Below are positions 39,116 to 49,293 of a stretch of DNA of 64,000 nt, piece by piece. The position numbers and the translations under genes are program-made. The DNA is from Callorhinchus milii (Eukaryota), in the NCBI RefSeq assembly GCF_018977255.1, contig NW_024704742.1, positions 54,004,001 to 54,068,000 on the forward strand, written 5' to 3'. The notes below the pieces were generated by a model that worked only from the letters and a program-made list of their open reading frames with translations, had not been told where the DNA came from and did no database searches. Numbering within the stretch: the first letter of the stretch is position 1; every line of letters starts with the position of its first letter.

Positions 39116-40195
39116 GCTCAGATCCCCCCACACTCACAGAGCCCCCCCCCCCCCCCCCCCCACACTCAGAGAGCCCCCCCACACTCAGAGCCCCCCCCCA
39201 CACTCAGAGAGCCCCCCCACACTCACAGAGCCCCCCCACACTCAGAGCCCCCCCACACTCAGAGAGCCCCCCCCCACACTCAGAGCCCCCCCCCTCACAC
39301 TCAGAGAGTCCCCCACACTCAGATCCCCCCACACTCAGAGCCCCCCCCCCACACTCATATCCCCCCACACTCAGAGCCCCCCCCACACTCAGAGAGCCCC
39401 TCCACACTCAGAGAGCCCCCCACACTCAGAGCCCCCCCCCCACACTCAGATCCCCCACACTCAGAGCCCCCCACACTCAGAGAGCCCCTCCACTCAGATC
39501 CCCCACACTCAGAGATGCCCCCACACTCAGAGATCCCCCCACACTCAGAGATGCCCCCACACTCAGAGATGCCCCCACACTCAGAGATGCCCCCACACTC
39601 AGAGAGTCCCCCACACTCAGATCCCCCCACACTCAAATGCCCCCACACTCAGAGAGTCCCCCACACTCAGAGATGCCCCCACACTCAGAGATGCCCCCAC
39701 ACTCAGAGATGCCCCCACACTCAGATCCCCCACACTCAGAGATGCCCCCACACTCAGAGAGTCCCCCACACTCAGAGATGCCCCCCACACTCAGAGATGC
39801 CCCCACACTCAGAGATGCCCCCACACTCAGATCCCCCCACACTCAGAGATGCCCCCACACTCAGAGATGCCCCCACACTCAGAGATCCCCCCACACTCAG
39901 AGATCCCCCCACACTCAGAGATGCCCCCACACTCAGAGATGCCCCCACACTCAGAGATGCCCCCCACACTCAGAGATGCCCCCACACTCAGAGAGTCCCC
40001 CACACTCAGAGCCCCCCACACTCAGAGAGTCCCCCACACTCAGAGCCCCCCCCCACACTCAGAGCCCCACACTCAGAGAGTCCCCCACACTCAGATGCCC
40101 CCACACTCAGAGAGTCCCCCACACTCAGAGATGCCCCCCCACACTCAGAGATGCCCCCACACTCAGAGATGCCCCCACACTCAGAGATCCCCCAT
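39116..40195. repeat. ~18-bp minisatellite (CCCCCACACTCAGAGATG) with variable C-run
   Basis: Continuous tandem array. Variants gagcccc, gatcccc, gagatgcccc and gagagtcccc. Confidence 0.95.
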
Positions 40196-40421
40196 TTAAC
40201 ACGGCCATAAATAAGTACATGCGGAAATCAACCCAACACAGCACAGCACAGCACAGCCCATCACATCGCCATCACTCGCCACCCGCCCCTCTAAAGATTT
40301 GCACCCAGTGCTTCACACCAGTTATCACTCTCCCCGGAGTGGCTTGAAAGCCCTGCGAGCGGACCCCACGCCAGCTCCAACTTGCATCGAGACTGACGTG
40401 CTTCTGCGATGCATTGGATGC

Positions 40422-40452
<31 letters not shown>

Positions 40453-40861
40453 TTAATAATAATGATAATAATAACAATAATAATTCAAGCACGGAGTTCA
40501 GTGACGAGACGGGCGATATTAACACGAACAATTCACTCCCCCTCCCCCCCCCCCCCAAAAAAAAATAAATCCAGAATAAACCAAATATTGATTTTTTTGG
40601 GGGGAAAAAAAACATTAAAGCACTACACTTACCATACGCTTCCATCATTAAACATTTAACCCTACATCACGCCAACAGGAACCTTCTGTGCCCACACTGA
40701 CAAGTGCGATATTTGCATCCATCGGCAATGGCAAAATAATGGTCGTTTAGACTCGACAAGACAACTTTGCACACATCACGACTGATAAATGTGCTCGTTG
40801 TCTTATTCCGGCCGGTGGGGACGTCTAAATGTGCATTGAGAAGAAACCATCAACCTTCACC

Positions 40862-41112
40862 GAGAGAGAGAGAGAGATGAAAGAGGGAGAGAGAGAGAAA
40901 GATGAGAGAGAGAGGGGGGGAGAGAGAGGCCACAACACAGATACATTTAGGAGAGTGAGTGAGTGAGTGAGAGAGAGAGAGAGAGAGAGAGAGGAGATTC
41001 AGCAGAGAATGTAAGAGGAGAGAGGTGTAAACATTCAGCAGGAGATCAGACAGACAGACTGACAGACTGACAGACAGACAGACTGACAGACAGACAGACT
41101 GACTGACTGACT
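40862..41112. repeat. (GA)n, (GAGT)n, (GACA/GACT)n microsatellites
   Basis: Direct reading. Other simple repeats: (TTCA)n 12905-12963, (CA)n 38533-38556, (AAT)n 40422-40482, (TTA)n 62478-62538, (CAT)n 63469-63496. Confidence 0.9.
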
Positions 41113-41288
41113 GGGGTATTTCTGGAGAGAAGGAGAGAGATGCTCTGCTTTACCATCTTTATATACAGTTCGACTCCTATCAATCCTCTGATTCCATGTC
41201 ACACACTCACAGCTCAGCTCAGCTCAGCACTGCTGCGGGTCCACACTCCTTACAATCCACCTATACAACTTGATGGTGAAGGGGTGTT

Positions 41289-41320
<32 letters not shown>

Positions 41321-41394
41321 CTGTCATCGGTGTCACACACACACACACAGTACACAAACACACACACAGTACACACACACACACACACACATAC

Positions 41395-41700
41395 CTTTAA
41401 CTCTTTGGGGTCCAGGATTGATGCACAGTGTATATCGCACAGGAAGAGAGGCGGAATGAAGAAGAAAGTTGGAAAATCTAGACTTGCAATCCCCAGCTCA
41501 AACTCAGCGTCGGGCTCCGGCTCTCTTCTCGCCCTCCTCTCCTCTCAGTCTTTATTCCCATGGATGACGCCTCCAGTGGTTTTTTAAAAAAAAAACACTT
41601 TTTTTTTTCCCCCCCTTTTTTTCTGGGGGATTTCTTTTTTTTCTCTCGCAAATAACCGACCCCTCTCTGTGTGCCGACGGCAGTGGCGGATCACGTCCTG
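41395..41700 (-). other. SGCZ: Probable first exon of SGCZ (zeta-sarcoglycan), apparently 5'UTR here; 5' boundary not determined
   Basis: The minus strand ends ATA CAC TGT GCA TCA ATC CTG GAC CCC AAA GAG TTA AAG|gtatgt = IHCASILDPKELK. This aligns codon for codon with the recalled human SGCZ exon-1 peptide MDRSTNLDIEELK (LD..ELK plus phase-0 donor). CpG-rich surroundings; divergent from TUSC3 as in human. Confidence 0.65.
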
Positions 41701-42147
41701 GTAACGATGGATGGAGAGAGGGAGAGAGAGAGAGAGAGGAGGAGAGGAGAGGAGAGGAGAGGAGAGAGAAAGAGAGAGGGAGGAGAGAGAGAGAGAGAGA
41801 GAGAAGGGGGGGAAAAAAAAAAGAAAAATTCCTCTCGAGGGGATGCAAAAAAAAAAGGCTTTGGGTGGTGGGTGTGTGTTTTTTTTTGCCTTAGTGATGA
41901 ATTAAATAGCAAAAGACCATCGCATCGTTAGCAACCGCCGGGTGCGGGGCATCATGCGGCAATTTGCAGGAATGCCAAAAAAAAAATAATACTTATGCTG
42001 CTGCCACACAGCAGCCCGACCCCACCATCCCTCCCCGTGTGGGGTCCGGGATCATATCGGATCGGCTATCCGCAGCCCTCAGCCTCGCCAACCGCGCAGG
42101 CTGCGGGCAACCAGGAGAGAGAGAGAGGAGGGGGGGGGGGGGGGGGG
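41640..42147 (-). promoter_or_regulatory. CpG-rich putative SGCZ promoter/leader region
   Basis: CpG-rich unique sequence directly upstream of the SGCZ-like exon, free of transposons. A further CpG-rich patch lies at 43480-43845. Confidence 0.45.
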
Positions 42148-43480
42148 ACACAGTCACTCACACACACAGTCACTCACACACACACTCACACAGTCACTCA
42201 CTCACACACACTCACACAGTCACTCACTCACACACACTCACTCACTCACACACACACTCACTCACTCACTCACACTCACTCACACAGTCACACACACACA
42301 CTCACACAGTCACTCACACACACTCACTCACTCACTCACACAGTCACTCACACACAGTCACACTCACACACTCACACAGTCACTCACACACACCTCACTC
42401 ACTCACACACACTCACTTACACACAGTCACACACACACACACAGTCACTCACTCACACTCACTCACACAGTCACACACACACACTCACTCACAGTCACAC
42501 ACACACTCACACAGTCACACACACACACACAGTCACTCACTCACACTCACTCACACAGTCACACACACACACTCACTCACACACACACACTCGCTTACAC
42601 ACAGTCACAGTCACACAGTCACTCACACACACACACTCACTCACAGTCACTCACTCACACACACTCACACAGTCACACACACACTCACACAGTCACACAC
42701 ACACACACAGTCACTCACTCACACTCACTCACACAGTCACACCACACACTCACTCACTCACACACACTCGCTTACACACAGTCACAGTCACACAGTCACT
42801 CACACACACACACTCACTCACAGTCACTCACTCACACACACTCACTCACACGCAGTCACACTCACACACTCACTCACACACACACACAGTCACTCACTCA
42901 CAGTCACACACACACTCACACTCACAGTCACACACACACTCACACAGTCACTCACACACACTCACTTACACACAGTCACAGTCACACACACACTCACTCA
43001 CACACACACTCACTCACACAGTCACTCACTCACTCACAGTCACACAGTCACTCACTCACACAGTCACTCACACACAGTCACTCAGTCACACACAGTCACT
43101 CACACACACTCACTCACACAGTCACACACAGTCACTCACACAGTCACACAGTCACTCACTCACACACAGTCACACAGTCACTCACTCACACAGTCACACA
43201 GTCACTCACTCACACACAGTCACACAGTCACTCACTCACACAGTCACACAGTCACTCACTCACACAGTCACACAGTCACTCACACACACAGTCACACAGT
43301 CACTCACTCACACAGTCACTCACTCACACAGTCACTCACACACACACACAGTCACACAGTCACTCACACACACAGTCACACAGTCACTCACTCACACAGT
43401 CACTCACTCACACACAGTCACACAGTCACTCACTCACACACAGTCACACAGTCACTCACACACAGTCACTCACACACACA
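42148..43480. repeat. Compound (CA)/(CACT)/(CAGT) microsatellite, ~1.3 kb
   Basis: Direct reading of the sequence. Confidence 0.95.
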
Positions 43481-43845
43481 GGCGATGGCCCGGAGCCCCA
43501 CTCCACACTGACAGCTGTGACAATCTTCACGGGAGGACACCGGAGCGGTCCCGGAGCGGCGGCTGTTCCCGGTTTACCATTCTCAGCCCAAAAGCCCACA
43601 CGGCGGGAAGGCTGAGCCGGGGGGGGGGGGGACCAGGACCGCTTCACTCCTGTTTTACTGCCCTTCGCCGCCAGGTGACCACACTCCTGTCTCTCTCTCT
43701 CTCTCTTTAAAAAAAGGGTTTCTTGTCAGAGTCCCCGAAAAAAAGAGAGAGAGAGCGAGAGAGGCATTCCCGGCGGTCTTAATGCCCCGTCACATTCCCA
43801 CAATTAAATCAGGAGAAACGTGCATTGAGAGTCGCGCAGGAAAAG

Positions 43846-45299
43846 CTTCTCCCCTCCTCCCCTCCCCCTCCTCCCTTCCCTCCTCCTCCTCCCTCTCTCC
43901 CTCCTCCTCTCTCCCTCTCCCCCCTCCCCTCCTCCCCTCTCCCCTCCTCTCCTCCCTCCTCCTCCCCCCTCCTCTCCTCCCTCCTCTCTCTCCCCTCCCT
44001 CTCCCCTCCTCCTCTCTCCCTCCTCCTCCCCCTCCTCCTCCTCCCTCCTCTCTCCCCCCCCCTCCTCTCTCCCCCCTCCCCTCCCCTCCCTCTCTCCTCC
44101 TCCCCTCTCCTCTCTCCCCCCTCCCCTCCCCTCCTCCTCTCTCTCCCTCCCCTCCCCTCCTCCTCCCCTCCTCCTCCTCTCTCCCCCTCCTCTCTCCTCC
44201 TCCTCCCCTCCTCTCTCCCTCCTCCTCTCTCTCCCTCCTCCCCCTCCTCCTCCCTCCCCTCCTCTCTCCTCCTCCTCCCCTCCTCTCTCCCTCCTCCTCT
44301 CTCCCCCCCCTCCTCTCCCTCCTCCTCCTCTCTCCCTCCCCTCTCTCTCCCTCCCTCTCCCCTCCTCCTCTCTCCCTCCTCTCCCCCCTCCTCCTCCTCC
44401 CCTCCTCTCTCCCCCCTCCCCCCTCCTCTCTCCCCCCCTCCCTCCCCTCCTCCTCTCTCCCTCCTCCCCTCTCTCTCTCCCCCCTCCCTCCCCTCCTCCT
44501 CTCTCTCCCCTCCTCTCCCCTCCTCCTCTCCCTCCTCCTCCTCCTCCCCCCCTCCTCTCTCCCTCCTCCTCCCTCCTCTCTCCCCCTCCTCTCTCTCCCC
44601 TCCCTCCCCCCTCCTCCTCTCCCTCCTCCTCCTCTCTCCCCCCCTCCTCTCTCCCTCCTCCTCCACTCCTCTCCCTCCTCCTCTCTCCCCCTCCCTCCCC
44701 CTCCTCCTCTCCCTCCTCCTCCTCTCCTCCTCCTCCTCTCTCCCTCCTCCTCCCCTCCTCTCTCCCTCCTCCTCTCTCTCCCCTCCCTCCCCCCTCCTCC
44801 TCTCTCCCTCCTCCTCTCTCCCTCCTCTCTCCTCCCTCCTCCCCCTCCTCCTCTCTCCCTCCTCCTCCCCTCCTCCTCCCCCCTCCTCCTCCCTCCTCCT
44901 CCCTCCCCCTCCTCTCCCTCCTCCCTCCCCTCCTCTCCCTCCTCCTCCTCTCTCTCCCCTCCCTCCCCCCTCCTCCTCCTCCCCTCCTCCCTCCCCCCTC
45001 CTCTCTCCCTCCTCCTCCCCTCCTCTCTCCCTCCTCCTCTCCTCCCCTCCTCCCCCTCCTCTCCCCCCCCCCTCCTCCCTCCCTCCTCCTCTCTCCCCCT
45101 CCCTCCCCCCCTCCTCTCTCCCTCCTCCCCCCCCCTCCTCTCTCCCTCCTCCCCCCTCTCCCTCCTCCTCCCCTCCCCCTCCCTCCCCCTCCTCCTCTCT
45201 CCCCTCCTCCCTCCCCCCCTCCTCTCTCCCTCCTCCTCTCTCCTCTCTCCCCTCCTCTCTCTCCCCTCCCTCCCTCCCCCCTCCACCTCTCTCCCTCCT
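43846..45299. repeat. ~1.45-kb polypyrimidine (C/T) tract
   Basis: Only two purines noticed (A at 44665 and 45285). Confidence 0.95.
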
Positions 45300-45504
45300 G
45301 TTTGCTATCTGTGTGTTGACACCACGCACTGTGTCCTTGTGGCACAGTATTGCCCGGCGCTGGGAATTCCCACCGGATGGTTTCCCCCCAATAAAAGATA
45401 ATTTGCTTTGGGAAAATCATTTTTTCCCCCAAAAACCCCAAACCTACTTGAGGGGGAGGGGTCTGACGTATTGGGCTGATTTCGGCTAACTGAGCAGGGT
45501 TGCT

Positions 45505-46017
45505 CTTGGTGGTGGTGGGGGGTCGTGGGGGGGTGGTGTGGGTGTGGGGTTGGGGTGGTGTGTGGGGTTGGGGTGGTGTGTGGGGTTGGGGTGGGGTGGG
45601 TGGGGGGTTGGGGCGGGGGGTGGGGTTGGGGCGGGGTGGGTGGGGGGTTGGGGCGGGGTGGGTGGGGGTTGGGGTGGGTGGGGGTTGGGGTGGGTGGGGG
45701 TTGGGGCGGGGGGTGGGGGGTTGGGGCGGGGTGGGTGGGGGGTTGGGGCGGGGTGGGTGGGGTTGGGGCGGGGTGGGTGGGGTTGGGGCGGGGTGGGTGG
45801 GGGTTGGGGCGGGGTGGGTGGGGGTTGGGGCGGGGTGGGTGGGGGGTTGGGGCGGGGTGGGTGGGGGGTTGGGGCGGGGTGGGTGGGGGTTGGTGTGGGG
45901 GGGTTGGGTGGTGTGGGTGTGGGGGGGGTTGGGGTGTGTGGGTGTGGGTGGTGGGGGGGGGGTGGGTTGTGTGGGTGTGGGGAGGGGGGGGGTGTGGGGG
46001 TGGGGGGGGGGGTGGGT
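45505..46017. repeat. G-rich array (GGGGTTGGGGCGGGGTGGGT-like units)
   Basis: Dozens of G3-G7 runs with 1-2 nt linkers. Confidence 0.95.
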
Positions 46018-48099
46018 ACCGGGGTGATCATCAACCTGATGATGTGCAATTGAACTCTCTGTAACTAAGGCAACGCAAAACCGGGAAAGTTGAGGAATAA
46101 CGGGGCTTGGAATTGCAATCTGTCCACTCGGAGATTATTGCTACGTGACGAGGCTTCGTATCAAATGCAACTGTGCTGATTGATTGATTGATTGATTGAT
46201 TTAGCTATTTATCTATTTATCTATTTATTTATTGCATCTGTGTCTACTCTCTGCAAGTCGTGCAGATCACCCGCATCTGCAGGCTCCTCGGCATTGCCAT
46301 TCGTGGCAAGTCAGGCTCTCCTGACAAACCCATTCAAATGAAATGCAACTTCAAAGCCCAACATATTGAGCATTTATTTCTGCCGTTTGCGACATGCAGG
46401 TCTTTTACATTAGATATTGCAACACCGACGCAGCTCTGAACGCAAGAGCTAACGTTGGTACGAACTACACGTGTTAAATGTGCCCTCAACGCGAAGAAGT
46501 TAGTGTCGTTGATCACGAAACATTAAAAGAAAGGCAAATAGCGACAGCGTCAAAGAAGAATAGCAGTGAATGCACCATCTACATACAGTGAGTGTGATGT
46601 TCAAGATTTAAGATCTGTTAGCGCAGGACAAAGTGTAACACATTATAAACAGGTTATAGATAATAATAATAATAATAATAATAATAAGCAGGATTCTGCA
46701 ACAAGCACATGGAAAGAATAGTGAAACACGGGCATCAGACTGGGACCAAGCATTCAGACCTGATAGCAAATGGAGCTGAGCTGCAGAAGTAAGGACGGTG
46801 CTCAATATTGTGTGGTATGCAAGGTACACAGTGCATCATTCCTTCTGATTTTATTTTATTTTATTTTATTTTGACGTCAGGCCAGACCGATGCAATCTAA
46901 GAAGAATACAAGATGCCAGGAAAACCAGATGTGTAATAATTGTGCCCATACCTGGGATCATTGGCATCTTGACTGAAGTCCTGAGAGAGTTACAGGCAGT
47001 CAGGTCTTGGATGCTACCCTGCGTGAGGGGGAGCTGTATAACATACACGTTGCTGTTGTTGTGGATCAACAAGAATCCCCGTAACAGATTTAATCCTCTT
47101 GTTTATGTTTTGTTTTAATTATTACCAATGATACGGCTCTATACAAACAGAGGGGAAGATGCCCAGTCGTGCATTTTCATTGCCTCTGAGGTACTTGGCT
47201 GTTGGAATGTGGGCTCATCCCAAACCCACTAAACATTAATAGCAGGGAAGCTGTGAGAACTTTTTTATATTGAGGCCTGGGATGGACAACATTGCCTTTC
47301 CCCTGGGTCTTGAAAAATACCAATTACAGCAGCTTAAAAGCATGTCTGAAATAAAACTAAATTACAGCTCTGGACTCGAGAATAATAGTACATTTTAAAA
47401 TCTCTAAATAATCTATCCAAATGTTTTATATTTACTGTTTCCTTAACCGACTTGCTATTAAGGTACCATATATATATTTTAATGACGTGCATTCGTATTG
47501 TCTGTACACTATTATACTACTGTACCACATTAAAGATAACATTTGGAAGAGAAAGGTAAAGGAGAACATTTTAGTTTTCTGATTGTCGATTATTCACTTG
47601 ACCAAAGTCGAACAGATATAATGTTGCTTAGGTTTATCTCAGTCAATTGCATTACACCATTATGGTTAATTAGATGCACAATTAAACTTATGAGTTACAA
47701 CAAAGGTGCAACACTTGCAATATACGATACAATAGCCTTGCTACCTACCACAACTGTGCATATCATAAATCAAGAACAGAATCAATAATAGAATTTTAAT
47801 GCCATGGGTTAGAAGACAGCAACATCGCTTCATAAAAAAAAACTACATCACTATCACACAGATCTACATAGGAACTTAAGAATTCTATTAGATTTATTGA
47901 AATGTAATAATACCTGAAGAATTTGATTTTTTTAAAAAATCAATGCATTTGAAACAGCTCAAAGTACTTCATAAGGCATTTGAGGTAAACGGACTGTTTA
48001 TCTAGCTGGGCCGGTCCAACCTTTTGGCTGCCGAGGGCCGTACTCCCCATTTGAGAAAGGTCCTCAGGCCGCATGAGCAATATTTTGTGTTTTCCTTCC

Positions 48100-48590
48100 A
48101 GAAACATAACAACATTTGCACAGCACATTTTCATGTTGGAAGGACATTTCAAAGTGCTCAAAACTGTCGTCATGGCACCTGAGCTGGGAATGGGAGCTGA
48201 GGGAAGTGGGATGGGGAGGGGAAAGGATGACTGAAAGCATGATCAAAGAGGTCTTAACATGCCTTGAAAGGGGGAGGGAGGGAGCAAGTCGGAGGGACTT
48301 TAGGAATGAAACTCCAGAGAATGGGAGCAAAATAACGATGGTGTGGCAGATGGGGTAGTGGGACATGAAGCAAGCTGGTGTTTGCTGGGCAAAGGGAACG
48401 GCTGGGTTGGACGGTTGCAGAGGTGGGGTGGGGGAGAGGGGTGGAATGAAGAACGCAGAGAAGTTTTTCACTGGAAAAAGAGGGAGCTTTCTGTGAGGAA
48501 ACTGCATGGCACATCACTCGGTGTCTGCCCTCGGTAGACAAGGGAGGGTCTGATCGTCTGCCCCGACAGTGAACCACGAAACGCTGCCCT
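48100..48590 (-). mobile_element. Decayed L2 3' fragment
   Basis: Hairpin remnant and gatcaaagaggtcttaa..gccttgaa. Other old L2 pieces at about 14818-14995 (+), 20590-20850 (-), 51415-51780 (+) and 60840-61075 (+). Confidence 0.6.
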
Positions 48591-48657
48591 CACTTCTCCT
48601 TTCTCTCTCTGCTCTCTCACTCTTTTTCTTTCTCTCTCCCCCTCTACCTCATGGTCT

Positions 48658-48695
<38 letters not shown>

Positions 48696-49004
48696 CACTC
48701 TCTCTTTTGATCCCCTTTGTCTCACTCTGGGAGATTGTTAGCCAGGATACTGGGAGAAACTTCTTTTTCTTTTCACATGGTACCAAGGGGATTTTTAGTG
48801 TTCATCTGAACAAGCAGGTGGGCTCAGTTTAATGTCTTATTCGAAGGGCAGCACCTCTGACAATGCAGCACACCCTTGAAACTACAACCTTCTGACTCAG
48901 AGGTGAGAGCATTACCAATTGAGCCAGGCTGACACGTTTGGCACATGGTTCACCAACTTCACAAATGCAAAAGTAGGATACTTATTTTCACAGTTATGAA
49001 GGAT

Positions 49005-49293
49005 AGGCCTTCTCAAGCATGAGGCCAGGGTTTGATTCCAGGCAGGGCGAAACCTTGGGTAAGTTTCCTTACTCCACACATCTAATAATAATCCCTCAAG
49101 AAAAAAAACAATAATAAATTGGTCACTCAATCCACGACTGTTTGTGGGACACTGCTGTGCGCAATTGGCTGCTGAGTCTCGCCCATAAATATGCAGCCAA
49201 TTCACTTTACAGTGTGTTCTGTGAAGCGCTTTGAGACGTCCTCCCAACGTGAAAAGCGCTATATCAAATGCAAGGATTATTATTATTATTATT
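49005..49293 (+). mobile_element. SINE (short subfamily), head partly lost
   Basis: B-box region, Deu core, CTCCC-loop hairpin and (TTA)n tail. Confidence 0.85.

Noticed and set aside
39116..40195. CRISPR-like array
   Set aside because: Units are directly adjacent with no unique spacers, there are no cas genes, and the context is vertebrate.
1..41394. miR-383 or further SGCZ coding exons in the presumed intron
   Set aside because: I did not find the miR-383 mature sequence or an MTREQY-type exon by eye; they probably lie outside the window, if present.
45505..46017. Telomeric repeat
   Set aside because: Units are GGGGTT/GGGGC/GGGT mixtures, not vertebrate TTAGGG.
39064..46064. Long ORFs of 170-570 aa (PPHSE, THSH, poly-P/L/S, G/E/R-rich, G/W/V-rich)
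   Set aside because: They are translations of stop-free tandem and low-complexity repeats, open in several frames on both strands, with no domain features.
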